The notes below the pieces were generated by a model, which was not told where the DNA came from, did no database searches, and saw nothing but the letters and a program-made list of their open reading frames with translations. A stretch of 64,000 nt of DNA from an uncultured bacterium (lineage in GTDB: Bacteria; Fidelibacterota; Marinisomatia; Marinisomatales; UBA1611), in assembly GCA_965660855.1 (NCBI GenBank), contig CBFIBM010000004.1, forward strand, positions 44,698 to 108,697, read 5' to 3'. Within the stretch, counting starts at the first letter, position 1; every line of letters begins with the position of its first letter. The translations under genes and the position numbers were made by a program. Below, piece after piece: positions 50,798-61,642 of this stretch.

Positions 50798-53287
50798 CTA
50801 CTTTTTACCCTCTATTAGCTCTTTATCGTCAATGACTTTTTTATCACCTTGAGACTTTGAAGGAAATTCTATCTTCTTTGTTGGTAACGTATTTTTTCTA
50901 TTTTCAAGTTTTAGTGTATCTGTTTTAGGAACAATATCTTCGAATTCTATATTATTATCCTCGCTTTCTTGTGTTTGAGGTAAGCTTTTTAGTGAATCTG
51001 TTTTAACAGCCTCTGTCTCCTCCACTTCTTCAAATGGGATATTACTTTGTTTTGGTTTTATTGGAATTAGTGGTTCTAATTGTTCAGTCTGAGCATCTGG
51101 TAATCTTGGCTCTCTGAATACTTTAGGTATCTTCCCCTTAGGGCCAAATAAAGGCTCTTCCAAAGACCCTCCTTGTAACAACCTAATTTTCAATTCATCT
51201 GGGAAGAATTCTTTAATCAGCCTCGAAAAAAGTACTTCAGGTTGTACTTTTCCTGTTAGATCAAATTCAGTGGTGACTTTTTTAAAACCGTTTGGGCGTA
51301 CAATAATTTCTCCTCTAATTGCTTGGAGTTTTCCTTGGTCCATAAATACAGCTAAAGATTGAGTGGGAATAGATGGAGTTGTAGAAGAAAGGTATATTCC
51401 TTGATATAGTGAATCTTTGACCCCGTCAAAACTAAACCTTATTAATTTTTCAGTAAAATCCGTATCTAATGAATTTGGAAATCCTTCAAAAAAATATTCT
51501 GGAAATTCGAATAGCTTTGGATCAAAAGCCTCTGGTTGATATGAATGAGAAACAGAATCATCACTAGGGCTTATTGACATGAAAATAACATTTTTTTGCA
51601 TATCATGAACCATGGTTAAAGTTGTAATACTATCAAGCCTCGAATCTCTTAAAGAATAAGCAAAGTCAAATGTCTCACCAAAAGTCAAATTAGCCAAATT
51701 TGCTGAAATACCATGCTGAATGTGAGTTGCCTCTCCTTTAGGAGGTATTTGATTAACTGCAATGCCAAATGGGGCTTCACCATCAAAAACATATCTATCT
51801 CTTCTTCCACTTGATGGAGTCATTGCTAAGACATAATAAAGATCGATATCATCACCAGATGTTTCTAAAACTGACGTGTCTATTTCAGAAAGTTTTGGAC
51901 TAATAGCTTGTCTAGCGTCTTTAGTGAAAGACACTATTTCTGAGTCTATCTGAGGTAAATCTATATTTTCTTTGACTGTATCTAAATTAACATTTGAATA
52001 TTCTCCAAGATCTAATTTTGTGAAACCTGCTTCATCTGCCCAGTTTACACTAGACATGTCATTGTTGACATTCGGTATTTCAAATTTAGTTTCTGAGGAT
52101 TTTTCTTTTTTTGCTGTACTTTTTACGCTTTCAAGAAAATCTCCTAAAGTTGGGCTTAATGATGAATAATCACTTTTGTTTTCAGGTTTGATATCAAAAC
52201 CTAATTCAGTTTGAATTACAGGAATATCTTGAACACTTTTTTGGTATTTTTCGTAAGATTTCTGTACTGAGGGTTCTTCTTTTATTGGAGGATTAAAAGC
52301 TTTTTTAACAAGAGTTTTAATTTTTTCACTTTCAAGGTTTTCTCGTATTTTTTCTATTTCTTTAAATACTTTTTTCTTCTTTTCAGGAAGGGCTATTCTT
52401 TTAACTAACTTTTTTTCTTTTATTTTAAGCTCATTTTTTTCTAAGTATAGAAGAAGTGAATCACCAGATAAAAAAGGGATAATTAAACCTTCATCTGAAG
52501 AATCATTTGATAATGGCTGCCTTTTTATTCCTGATCCAATGATTGATTTTACATTTCCAACCGGTAACGACTTACTATGAGATAAAAGAAATTCTTTTTC
52601 CACATTAAACAATACAGAATTCACTTTGTTGTTCTCTAAAGATAACATAGCAACATAATTAGTAGAATTGCTAGAAAATCTTTTTGTATAAACAGGTGAA
52701 TATCCATTTTCAATTATTGGAGCTGACAATTTATTAAATTTTTTAAGAATTAATTGGCTATCCTTAAAACTTATAGTAAAAAGAATTGCAGACCTTACTG
52801 GGGATCCAAAAGAAACAGATAGCATAGTTGGATTATTTGATACCAAAGCTAAATTTGTCGGTTTGAGACTATTTTGTCCAAGTGGTACTTCCCTATAAGT
52901 ATATGGTTTCTTGGAAAAAACACTGTTTTTAACACCTAAAAAAACATATAGCCAATCATTAGCACCAATTGAAGTGAAAAGGTTAGGCGTACCAACAAGG
53001 TCTTTTAAACCATCTCCATTAATATCAATTAGTTCAATATCTGTGAATTTTAAATTTCTATTACCCCTAAATGACCACAAAGTATCTGAATTATTCTGGG
53101 TCAATACAATACTAGACGTACCCCCATTCAGGGTAAATCTTTCAATTTTACCGTCGCTATTTAGATCGTAAGACCCATTTTTTATGCGGAGATCACCTCT
53201 ACCTATCAGGATAGACAAGTTGAACAACCACACAATAACTATGTATAAAACACCTCTAAAGGCACTTTTTAACGTAATATGCATCAT
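50798..53287 (-). CDS. Large exported hypothetical protein with N-terminal FG-GAP-like repeats
   Basis: Hydrophobic N-terminus, YDLNSDG and DINGDG..DL motifs, charged linker, conserved-looking C-terminal domain. Start uncertain (ATG 53287/53284 or TTG 53299). Confidence 0.75.
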   Translation of the reverse strand: MMHITLKSAFRGVLYIVIVWLFNLSILIGRGDLRIKNGSYDLNSDGKIERFTLNGGTSSIVLTQNNSDTLWSFRGNRNLKFTDIELIDINGDGLKDLVGTPNLFTSIGANDWLYVFLGVKNSVFSKKPYTYREVPLGQNSLKPTNLALVSNNPTMLSVSFGSPVRSAILFTISFKDSQLILKKFNKLSAPIIENGYSPVYTKRFSSNSTNYVAMLSLENNKVNSVLFNVEKEFLLSHSKSLPVGNVKSIIGSGIKRQPLSNDSSDEGLIIPFLSGDSLLLYLEKNELKIKEKKLVKRIALPEKKKKVFKEIEKIRENLESEKIKTLVKKAFNPPIKEEPSVQKSYEKYQKSVQDIPVIQTELGFDIKPENKSDYSSLSPTLGDFLESVKSTAKKEKSSETKFEIPNVNNDMSSVNWADEAGFTKLDLGEYSNVNLDTVKENIDLPQIDSEIVSFTKDARQAISPKLSEIDTSVLETSGDDIDLYYVLAMTPSSGRRDRYVFDGEAPFGIAVNQIPPKGEATHIQHGISANLANLTFGETFDFAYSLRDSRLDSITTLTMVHDMQKNVIFMSISPSDDSVSHSYQPEAFDPKLFEFPEYFFEGFPNSLDTDFTEKLIRFSFDGVKDSLYQGIYLSSTTPSIPTQSLAVFMDQGKLQAIRGEIIVRPNGFKKVTTEFDLTGKVQPEVLFSRLIKEFFPDELKIRLLQGGSLEEPLFGPKGKIPKVFREPRLPDAQTEQLEPLIPIKPKQSNIPFEEVEETEAVKTDSLKSLPQTQESEDNNIEFEDIVPKTDTLKLENRKNTLPTKKIEFPSKSQGDKKVIDDKELIEGKK

Positions 53288-53328
53288 GGTCCAAGCCAAA
53301 ATTGGATTTTTTTGGGGAGATAATACAC
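53284..53328 (-). CDS. Putative 14-aa upstream ORF (MYYLPKKIQFWLGP)
   Basis: Strong SD AAGGGAGGT (53343-53335) 6 nt before GTG; its TGA overlaps the ATGATG of the downstream gene. Confidence 0.4.
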   Translation of the reverse strand: MYYLPKKIQFWLGP

Positions 53329-53363
53329 GTTATAACCTCCCTTACCTCGTTTACTCTTCGAAA

Positions 53364-53392
53364 AATATAGGATAATGATACAATTTATACAA
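53364..53392 (-). promoter_or_regulatory. Putative sigma70-type promoter for the surface-protein operon
   Basis: TTGTAT-17 nt-TATATT on the minus strand, about 20 nt upstream of the strong SD. Confidence 0.45.
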
Positions 53393-53500
53393 GTAAAACA
53401 CCCGCTATGACTTTTGTTCATTTTTGATGAATATTTTCTTTCTAGTTTGCAACTTGAATCTTAATTTGATATGTGTTTCTTTGCTAAGAACATAAATTTC

Positions 53501-54358
53501 ATGATAAAAAAAATAATTTTCATATTAATATTTAAATTTACATTTGCGTACGGGCAATTTAGCTATCCAGCTGAAGATTTCCTTGGTGGCGGTATTGGTT
53601 ACAGTCCGATGTACATATCTTTAGACTCTATTCCAGGTGCCAGCTATCTAACAGCTCTAGGATTAAATCCAAGTAATTTTTCAGATCCATTCGTCATTCA
53701 TGGAGGAGAAGGATTTGCTCATGTTACTGGAAGATGGCGCATAGGCGGGTATGCAGGTATGGGTGCCTCTTCCGTTAGTACAATACCAGACATAGTATTA
53801 TTCCAAGATACTGGTCCTACAGGTTATGATGCTGGAGATTCATCTGTCGTATATACAGATGATTTTAATCCTTCAATCAAAGCAAAATTTTCATTTCTGC
53901 TAGGTGCTGCCTCAGTAGAATATGTTATGCCTTTATTGCAAGATTTAGAATTGTCCTCTGGAGCACTTATGGGTTTAGGGAGAGTGAGTATGGCCATTGA
54001 CCAACAAAGCGGTAACCCAAGGTGGAATAAAATATTTTCTAATGCATATGGAATAATGAATGAAGGAACTCTTTACTATCCAGTTGCAGATATAAACGAC
54101 ACGGATCAACAAATTGTTCCTGGTGAGGTTGCTGGTTTACAGAGAGATGTAAGTGCAACTTTTTTCAATTTCCAACCATATGTTGCGGTAAAATGGCAAT
54201 TTTTAGAACGCCTCGGACTAAGAATAAGTATGGGTGCGAATAAAGGCACAGTGCCTGCAGGTAGTTGGAAGTTAAATGGTAGAACCTCAGTTAGTGATTC
54301 TCCTAGATCATCTCTATCAGGACTAACTTTCAGAACAATGCTCTACATTGGCCTTTAA
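53501..54358 (+). CDS. Hypothetical outer-membrane beta-barrel protein
   Basis: Signal peptide MIKKIIF...AYG, Gly/aromatic-rich amphipathic strands, terminal strand FRTMLYIGL. Confidence 0.65.
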   Translation: MIKKIIFILIFKFTFAYGQFSYPAEDFLGGGIGYSPMYISLDSIPGASYLTALGLNPSNFSDPFVIHGGEGFAHVTGRWRIGGYAGMGASSVSTIPDIVLFQDTGPTGYDAGDSSVVYTDDFNPSIKAKFSFLLGAASVEYVMPLLQDLELSSGALMGLGRVSMAIDQQSGNPRWNKIFSNAYGIMNEGTLYYPVADINDTDQQIVPGEVAGLQRDVSATFFNFQPYVAVKWQFLERLGLRISMGANKGTVPAGSWKLNGRTSVSDSPRSSLSGLTFRTMLYIGL

Positions 54359-54372
54359 AAAAACTTAAACAT

Positions 54373-55977
54373 ATGCTCCAAAAACTACGCCAAGCCTGGC
54401 CTTTATTATTATCTACAGCCTTTGGATTTATTATAGCTACTATTATTTTCTTACCTCAAGTATACTCTAGCAACCAAAATGTTTATAAAATACTAAGAGA
54501 AAAAATAAACGTCCTGCAACAAATAATATCTTATGTAAATCATTTTTATTTTGATACGGTCGATATGGAAAAAATCTTAGACGGGTCCTTTCATGGTTTA
54601 ATGGAGGAACTCGACCCTCATTCAACTTATATTCCAGCAAAAGAACAGGAAAACATTAATGAAGTTTTCAAGGGAAAATTTCAGGGTATAGGCATTGAAT
54701 TTGATATTTTAGATGGTTTTATTACCGTTATCTCTCCAGTGCCTGATAGCCCTTCAGATATTGTTGGATTAATGCCTGGGGACAAAATTATTTCTATAAA
54801 TGGAAGAGATGCATATAAAATAACAAAAAATGAAGTTTTTGAACAACTGAGAGGGAAAAAGGGAACAAAAGTTGTTGTAACTATAGGAAGAATAGGAGTT
54901 CCAAAGCCTTTTGATGTTACAATTATTAGAGATAATATTCCAATTTATAGTGTAGGAGCTGCTACTATGCTAGATGATGAGACCGGTTATATTTTTTTAA
55001 GACGTTTTTCTGCAACAACTGAAAAAGAGGTTGTAAATGCAATTGATACATTAATAGAACAAGGTATGAAGAGGCTCTTGTTTGATTTAAGGGGAAATAG
55101 TGGAGGGTTTTTGGAACAAGCGGCAGCTATTTCAGATCAATTTATTACAAGCATCGATACTTTAGTCTACACCAAAGGTAAAATAAAAGAATCAAACCAA
55201 GAGTTTATAAGTACTGAAAGTAAAGGGCACAATGACTTTTCTATTATAATAATGATTAATCGAGGTTCTGCAAGTGCAGCTGAAATTGTTTCCGGTGCAG
55301 TACAAGACTTAGATAGAGGACTTGTTGTTGGAGAAACTAGCTTTGGAAAAGGTCTAGTGCAACGTCAGTTACCACTAGATTCTGGTGCTGCCCTTCGAGT
55401 TACAATTGCTAGATATTATACACCTTCTGGCAGGTTAATACAAAGGCCATATGAAGATGGTAATGACCTAGCTTATTACCGTGAATTATATGAAAAAGAT
55501 AGAGAAGCTAAAATTGATAGCTTGAAAGAGCTAAGGCCAAAATATAAAACAAAATCAGGAAGAACTGTGTATGGAGGAGGGGGAATCACTCCAGATATCT
55601 ATATACCATATAAAAATTCAATAAATTTAGAAACAAATAAAATAGTCAGAAATGCAAAAAGACCCATTTTTAATTTTGCATCCAAATTTAGCTCTAAAGA
55701 AAAGAGTAATTTTAATTCTTTTTTAAGCTTTAAAGAAAGTTGGGTTGTAAGTGACTCACTCTTCAATTCATTTTTAAACAACCTAAGTGAGGATTCTATT
55801 TTTGTAAATTTAGATTCAATAATGCTTGATAGTGATTATATTAGAACCACAATTAAAAGTGAAATAGCTGGTTCAATTTGGGGAAAAGATGAAGCCGCAA
55901 ATATTAGATTACAACTTGACAATCAAGTTATTGAAGCTTTAAAACATTTTAATGAAGCTGATGCATTTTTAGATTGA
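54373..55977 (+). CDS. ctpA: S41A carboxy-terminal processing protease
   Basis: LDPHSTY, GIGI PDZ, DLRGNSGG, SASAAEIVSG, FGKGLVQ, YYTPSGR, GGITPD. Confidence 0.93.
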   Translation: MLQKLRQAWPLLLSTAFGFIIATIIFLPQVYSSNQNVYKILREKINVLQQIISYVNHFYFDTVDMEKILDGSFHGLMEELDPHSTYIPAKEQENINEVFKGKFQGIGIEFDILDGFITVISPVPDSPSDIVGLMPGDKIISINGRDAYKITKNEVFEQLRGKKGTKVVVTIGRIGVPKPFDVTIIRDNIPIYSVGAATMLDDETGYIFLRRFSATTEKEVVNAIDTLIEQGMKRLLFDLRGNSGGFLEQAAAISDQFITSIDTLVYTKGKIKESNQEFISTESKGHNDFSIIIMINRGSASAAEIVSGAVQDLDRGLVVGETSFGKGLVQRQLPLDSGAALRVTIARYYTPSGRLIQRPYEDGNDLAYYRELYEKDREAKIDSLKELRPKYKTKSGRTVYGGGGITPDIYIPYKNSINLETNKIVRNAKRPIFNFASKFSSKEKSNFNSFLSFKESWVVSDSLFNSFLNNLSEDSIFVNLDSIMLDSDYIRTTIKSEIAGSIWGKDEAANIRLQLDNQVIEALKHFNEADAFLD

Positions 55978-56059
55978 TTAAGTTAAATTCACAATCTTAT
56001 TATTAAATTTTTATAAATATTTTTATTAAAATTATCAAATTCAGATACGGAGAAAAGTA

Positions 56060-56674
56060 ATGGTATACTATTTTTTAGAAGGTGGGGCTTTCATGTGGCC
56101 TATATTAATGACATTAATTTTTGGTCTTGCATTTGTAATCGAACGAGCATATTCACTTATGATGTCTGGAGTGGATTCACAAAAATTTTATGATGAAATT
56201 ACCTCAACTGTGCAAGAAAAAGGTATTGAAGAGACTGTATCAATTTGCAAACAAACTGATGGTCCTATCGCTGCAATTTTTCATGCTGGGTTAATTAAAA
56301 TAGACAGAGGTCTAGGAGATGTAGAAAAGGGTATTGAAAATGCAGGTGCAATTGAAATGGCTTTTTTAGAAAAAAACATGATTTGGCTCAATGCAGTAAT
56401 TACTGTTGCTCCCATGCTTGGTTTTACAGGTACGGTTGTAGGTATGATTGGAGCGTTTGATGCTATTAAAGCAGCTAATGATATTTCTCCTGCAGTTGTA
56501 GCTGGTGGTATTTCACAAGCTCTTCTTACTACTGCTTTTGGACTAATTGTTGCTATGATAATCCAAGTATTCCAAAATGTTTTTGTTTCTAGAATTGATA
56601 AACTTGTATTAGACATGGAAGAACAATCAAATAGATTTATGGATTTCTTTTACGATCTAGATAAAAAGAAATAA
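56060..56674 (+). CDS. exbB: ExbB/TolQ/MotA proton channel
   Basis: APMLGFTGTVVGMI and GISQALLTTAFGL. Confidence 0.9.
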   Translation: MVYYFLEGGAFMWPILMTLIFGLAFVIERAYSLMMSGVDSQKFYDEITSTVQEKGIEETVSICKQTDGPIAAIFHAGLIKIDRGLGDVEKGIENAGAIEMAFLEKNMIWLNAVITVAPMLGFTGTVVGMIGAFDAIKAANDISPAVVAGGISQALLTTAFGLIVAMIIQVFQNVFVSRIDKLVLDMEEQSNRFMDFFYDLDKKK

Positions 56675-56696
56675 TCTCACTTAACTCAAGTACTTT

Positions 56697-57095
56697 ATGA
56701 AAAAGAATCGAAGGTTTAAAGGTGGTGAAATACCCACTTCATCTATGGCAGATATTGCTTTCTTACTTTTAATCTTCTTCCTGGTAACAACAACTATTGA
56801 TACAGACAAAGGACTTGGGATTGTATTGCCTCCACCTGGAGATATGGAAATTGAAATCAGAAAAGATAATATAATGAACTGTTTAATTAATTCTCAAGGA
56901 AAAGTTCTCCTAGATGAGGAACCAACAAATATTGATCAGATACATAGAATAGTGGGTGAAAAACTTAGAGCAAACAATAAACTTGTTATCTCTGTTAAAG
57001 CACATCCAAAAACAGCTTATAATGATTATGTTAAAGTAATTGACCAGCTAAAAAGAGCAGATGCAAAAAGAATCTCAATTGCAAATAGTAATTAA
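56697..57095 (+). CDS. exbD: ExbD/TolR protein 1
   Basis: SMADIAFLLLIFFLVTT. Confidence 0.9.
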   Translation: MKKNRRFKGGEIPTSSMADIAFLLLIFFLVTTTIDTDKGLGIVLPPPGDMEIEIRKDNIMNCLINSQGKVLLDEEPTNIDQIHRIVGEKLRANNKLVISVKAHPKTAYNDYVKVIDQLKRADAKRISIANSN

Positions 57096-57505
57096 TGAAA
57101 TTTTCAAAAAAAACTAAAGTCTCAAGCGAAATACCAACAGCATCAATGCCAGACATCATATTTATGTTACTTATTTTCTTTATGGTGACTACAGTATTAA
57201 AAGAGTACTCAGGACTACCAGTAAATCTTCCAAAAGCTAAAAGAATTGAGAAGCTTAAGTCAAAAAGACATACCGTCCAGGTATGGGTGTCTAAAGAAGG
57301 TCTTATATCTATTGATGATAGATTAATGTCTGTTGAGGATGTTTCAATGGTTATGTACGATAAAAGAGTTGCTGACCCTCAAATAGTTGTTTCATTAAAA
57401 GGCGATGAAGAAGCAGAAATGGGATTAATATCAGATATTCATGAAAACTTAAGAGAGGTTGAGGCTCTTAAATTAAATTATTCTACAAAAACTTTAGTTG
57501 ACTAA
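57095..57505 (+). CDS. exbD: ExbD/TolR protein 2
   Basis: SMPDIIFMLLIFFMVTT, LP.A, LKGD. Confidence 0.9.
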   Translation: MKFSKKTKVSSEIPTASMPDIIFMLLIFFMVTTVLKEYSGLPVNLPKAKRIEKLKSKRHTVQVWVSKEGLISIDDRLMSVEDVSMVMYDKRVADPQIVVSLKGDEEAEMGLISDIHENLREVEALKLNYSTKTLVD

Positions 57506-58119
57506 TGAATTTTATAAACCCTTTAAAAAAACGGTATGAAATAGTTGTAAGAATAACCGCTTTATTTGGGATAGGTTTAGTTATTGCTAATTTTTTATTA
57601 TTCCCCAGATTTGGAAATACAATAGAATTTGAAAGTGTCGACCAAGTAATCATTGAAAACATAGATATCCCGCAAACACAACAAATTGATAATACTCCAC
57701 CACCAGCTAGGCCGTCAATACCTGTCCCATCTGATGATGAAGACATTGCTGAAGATTTAACTTTAGATGAGCTTGATTTTGATGATTTTTCAAACTTAGA
57801 TGCTCCTCCACCTCCTCCATCTGGCCCTAAAGTTGTTTTTATCCCTTATGATGATCCGCCAGTTGCTATGTCACCAATAAGACCAGTATATCCAGAGATT
57901 GCTCAAGAAGCAGGGATTGAAGGAGTTGTAATTGTTCAAGCTTTTATTGATGAAAAAGGAAGGGTTAAAGAAACTCTAATTTTAAAAGGTGTACCCAATA
58001 CAGGGTTAGACGAAGCAGCTATGGAAGCTATTAAAAAAACGAGATTCAGGCCCGCTAAACAAAGAGAAAGAGCTGTTGGAGTTTGGATTTCAATACCTGT
58101 TAATTTCAGACTAAAATAA
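57505..58119 (+). CDS. tonB: Energy transducer TonB
   Basis: N-terminal TM, Pro-rich linker, YPEIAQEAGIEG.V, F.PA....V....PV.F.L. Confidence 0.92.
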   Translation: MNFINPLKKRYEIVVRITALFGIGLVIANFLLFPRFGNTIEFESVDQVIIENIDIPQTQQIDNTPPPARPSIPVPSDDEDIAEDLTLDELDFDDFSNLDAPPPPPSGPKVVFIPYDDPPVAMSPIRPVYPEIAQEAGIEGVVIVQAFIDEKGRVKETLILKGVPNTGLDEAAMEAIKKTRFRPAKQRERAVGVWISIPVNFRLK

Positions 58120-58155
58120 GCTATAAATTTTTTACCAAAAATTAAGAGGTAACTC

Positions 58156-58908
58156 TTAACCTTTTACGTTGCTTCTATGATACTCCCAGTTCATTTTTCT
58201 TATGTATTCTAGTGATATTTCTTTAGGGCACTCAGCTTCACATGCACCAGTATTAGTACAATGACCAAAACCTTCCTCTTCCATCTTTAAAACCATATTT
58301 TTGACTCTCTCTTCTCTTTCAGGTTGACCTTGAGGAAGAAGTGAGAGTTGAGAAACTTTGGCAGAAACAAATAAGCTTGCTGATGCATTCTTACATGCAG
58401 CCACACAGGCTCCACAACCAATACATGCAGCAGCATCAAAAGCATCTTCTGCAATCTCTTTTGAAATGGGAATAGCGTTCCCGTCTGGTGCACTTCCTGT
58501 ATTTACGGAAATATAACCACCAGACTGTATAATTCTATCAAATGAAGACCTATCAACAACTAAATCTTTTAGTACCGGAAACGGCTTTGCTCTCCAAGGT
58601 TCTATTGTTATAGTATCTCCATCTTTAAAATGCCGCATATGTAATTGACAAGTCGTAGTAGCTTTTTGAGGTCCATGAGGCTTTCCATTTATAACCATGG
58701 AACACATACCACAAATTCCTTCTCTACAATCATGATCAAAAGCAATTGGATCTTGCCCTTCAATTACTAGCTTTTCATTTAAAACATCTAACATTTCTAA
58801 AAAAGACATGTGTGAATTCAAGCCATTAACATCATAAGAAATAAAACTACCCTTTTCTTTTGGTCCTGGCTGTCTCCAAACTTTTAATTTTAAATTTAAA
58901 TTTTCCAT
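58156..58908 (-). CDS. sdhB: Succinate dehydrogenase/fumarate reductase iron-sulfur subunit
   Basis: [32 protein letters not shown]. Confidence 0.96.
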   Translation of the reverse strand: MENLNLKLKVWRQPGPKEKGSFISYDVNGLNSHMSFLEMLDVLNEKLVIEGQDPIAFDHDCREGICGMCSMVINGKPHGPQKATTTCQLHMRHFKDGDTITIEPWRAKPFPVLKDLVVDRSSFDRIIQSGGYISVNTGSAPDGNAIPISKEIAEDAFDAAACIGCGACVAACKNASASLFVSAKVSQLSLLPQGQPEREERVKNMVLKMEEEGFGHCTNTGACEAECPKEISLEYIRKMNWEYHRSNVKG

Positions 58909-58909
58909 A

Positions 58910-60826
58910 TTATTTATAACTGCGTTGTGTTAGTTTAACATTTTCAAACTCTAAAGTTTCTTTATTTAATTTAGGGTCACTATTTTCTCCACAAAACTCC
59001 CAAGCAGATGTAAAAGCAAAATTTTTATCATCTCGCAAGGCTTCACCTTCTTCAGTTTGATATTCTTCCCTAAAATGGCCACCACATGATTCTTCTCTAT
59101 CTAATGCATCTCTCATCATCAATTCACCTAGCTCAATAAAATCAGCAACTCTTCCAGCTTTTGCTAATTCTGGGTTAATAACATTATCACTTCCGGGAAC
59201 ACTAACTTTGTTCCAGAATTCATTTTTCAAATTTTTTATATCATTTATAGCCTTCTGTAAGCCTTCTTTATTTCGAGACATACCGCAATTATCCCAAATA
59301 ATTTTCCCAAGCTCTCGATGAAAGCTTTCAACAGATTTATTACCCTTATTATTAAGCAATTGATTAACTCTGGACTTAGCTTCTCGTTCTGCTTTTTCAA
59401 ATTGTTCGTGATTCGTGCTAATTGCAGGTGTTCTAATATCATCTGACAAATACTTTCCTAATGTATAAGGAAGTACAAAATAACCATCAGCTAAACCTTG
59501 CATCAAAGCAGATGCTCCTAATCGGTTTGCGCCATGATCTGAAAAATTACATTCTCCAATAGCATATAGACCCGGAACTGTTGTCATTAGGTCATAATCA
59601 ACCCATAGTCCTCCCATTGTATAATGTACTGCTGGAAAAATACGCATTGGCATTTCGTACGGATTTTCTCCAGTTATTTTTTCATACATTTCAAATAAAT
59701 TTCCGTATCGAGATGAAACAACCTCTTTACCAAGTCTTTTTATAGCATCTTCAAAGTCAAGATAAACAGCTAAGCCAGTAGAACCAACTCCATATCCCGC
59801 ATCACACCTCTCTTTTGCTGCTCTTGATGCAACATCTCTAGGAACTAAATTCCCAAAAGCAGGGTATCTTCTTTCTAAATAATAATCTCTATCTTCCTCT
59901 GGGATATCTACTGCAAGCCTACTATCACCTTTTTTCTTTGGAACCCAAATACGGCCATCATTTCGAAGAGATTCAGACATTAATGTTAATTTTGATTGAT
60001 ATTCTCCAGAAACAGGAATACATGTTGGGTGAATTTGGGTATAACTAGGATTAGCGAACATTGCTCCTTTTTTATGAGCTTTCCAAGAAGCAGTAACATT
60101 ACTACCCATAGCATTTGTTGATAAATAATAGACATTTCCATATCCACCAGTTGCAAGTATAACAGCATGTCCAAAATGTCTCTGGTATTCACCTGTAACT
60201 AAATTTCTTACAATAACACCCCTTGCTTTCCCTTCAATTTTTACAATGTCTAACATTTCGTGACGGTTAAACATCTGAACAGTGCCTTTGCTAATCTGTC
60301 TACTTAACGCACTATATGCACCTAAAAGTAATTGCTGCCCTGTTTGTCCTCTGGCATAAAATGTTCTAGAAACTTGAACACCACCAAATGATCTATTATC
60401 TAATGTCCCTCCATATTCTCTTGCAAAAGGGACTCCTTGAGCCACACATTGGTCAATAATACTTGTGCTTACTTCAGCAAGCCTATATACATTTGCTTCT
60501 CTAGCTCTATAATCTCCTCCTTTAATTGTGTCATAAAAAAGACGATAAATTGAATCACCATCATTTTGGTAATTTTTTGCAGCATTTATCCCTCCCTGAG
60601 CGGCTATAGAATGAGCCCTTCTTGGACTATCTTGAAAGCAAAAAGTTTTTACCTTATATCCCATTTCTCCCAAAGAAGCAGCTGCAGAAGCTCCAGCTAA
60701 CCCTGTCCCAATAACAATCACTTCCAAATTTCTCTTATTTGAAGGACTAACTAAAGGAACTTTTGATTTATAATTTGTCCATTTGTCTTGCAATGGACCC
60801 GGAGGAATTTTACTATTTAATTTCAT
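58910..60826 (-). CDS. sdhA: Succinate dehydrogenase/fumarate reductase flavoprotein
   Basis: [16 protein letters not shown] (covalent FAD His), QIHPT, HYTMGG, HGANRLG. Confidence 0.96.
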   Translation of the reverse strand: MKLNSKIPPGPLQDKWTNYKSKVPLVSPSNKRNLEVIVIGTGLAGASAAASLGEMGYKVKTFCFQDSPRRAHSIAAQGGINAAKNYQNDGDSIYRLFYDTIKGGDYRAREANVYRLAEVSTSIIDQCVAQGVPFAREYGGTLDNRSFGGVQVSRTFYARGQTGQQLLLGAYSALSRQISKGTVQMFNRHEMLDIVKIEGKARGVIVRNLVTGEYQRHFGHAVILATGGYGNVYYLSTNAMGSNVTASWKAHKKGAMFANPSYTQIHPTCIPVSGEYQSKLTLMSESLRNDGRIWVPKKKGDSRLAVDIPEEDRDYYLERRYPAFGNLVPRDVASRAAKERCDAGYGVGSTGLAVYLDFEDAIKRLGKEVVSSRYGNLFEMYEKITGENPYEMPMRIFPAVHYTMGGLWVDYDLMTTVPGLYAIGECNFSDHGANRLGASALMQGLADGYFVLPYTLGKYLSDDIRTPAISTNHEQFEKAEREAKSRVNQLLNNKGNKSVESFHRELGKIIWDNCGMSRNKEGLQKAINDIKNLKNEFWNKVSVPGSDNVINPELAKAGRVADFIELGELMMRDALDREESCGGHFREEYQTEEGEALRDDKNFAFTSAWEFCGENSDPKLNKETLEFENVKLTQRSYK

Positions 60827-61494
60827 AAGCTATTTATATATATATATATTGGAATACTTGCAAAAAGTGTTGGAATAAGTAATACTAAACCCGTTGTTAA
60901 GTTTTTTATAACTAAACTATATTTTCTAGTTTTAATACCTAATGTTTGAAAAGCAGACTCAATTCCATGTTTCAAATGAAAGCCTAAAACAATCATACTT
61001 AAAACATAAATTAACACATACCATAATTCATTGAATGCAGTGACTGTAACAGTATGTAAATCTTTATTTCCCCATGGGTCTAATTTTATTGAACCAAAAT
61101 GCATTTCATACCAAAAGCTTCTTAAATGAATAACGAGAAAAAATAGAAGTAGGGTGCCCAGAACAGCCATGTTGTTTGAAGCCCAGCTACTATTTGTTAT
61201 TCTATTAGGCACTGCGTACTTTATCGGACGTGCATTTTTAGATTGAATAGTGAGATAAAATGTCAAGACAATATGTAAAATTATAGATGAATATGTAATC
61301 AAAGATAAAATATTGACTACTGGGTTAGTTGTCATAAAAAGGGCATATTGATTAAATTGTTTTTGTCCAGTTTCTCCAGAAATAAATAACTGAAGATTGC
61401 CCACTAAGTGCCCTACTAAGAATAAAACTAAAAAACAACCAGAAAGAGATGCTAAGGTTTTTCTAAAAATTGTTGAATTGAAATATGTTTTCAT
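60823..61494 (-). CDS. sdhC: Succinate dehydrogenase cytochrome b subunit (single five-TM anchor)
   Basis: HLVGN, HI, HL and HLKHG..SAFQTLG heme-ligand histidines. Confidence 0.92.
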   Translation of the reverse strand: MKTYFNSTIFRKTLASLSGCFLVLFLVGHLVGNLQLFISGETGQKQFNQYALFMTTNPVVNILSLITYSSIILHIVLTFYLTIQSKNARPIKYAVPNRITNSSWASNNMAVLGTLLLFFLVIHLRSFWYEMHFGSIKLDPWGNKDLHTVTVTAFNELWYVLIYVLSMIVLGFHLKHGIESAFQTLGIKTRKYSLVIKNLTTGLVLLIPTLFASIPIYIYINSL

Positions 61495-61642
61495 TTAATT
61501 GTTTAATGAATTGTGTATAATAAATTAATGCAATTATAAGTCTCGCACACAAACAATCTAAAATAATTTCCTTGAAAAGGTTTCGAGTTATGAAATTTTT
61601 ATAGTTAAGATGAAACAATAAACAAAATAGCAATTTAAAAAC

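Noticed and set aside
58156..61494. Horizontal origin of sdhCAB (no SD, Bacteroidota-like sequence)
   Set aside because: This Sdh type is widespread in FCB and other phyla, many genes here lack an SD, and there are no mobility or compositional signals.
61495..61642. Possible sRNA or riboswitch upstream of sdhC
   Set aside because: AT-rich with no stable stem or recognisable aptamer; consistent with a plain promoter region.
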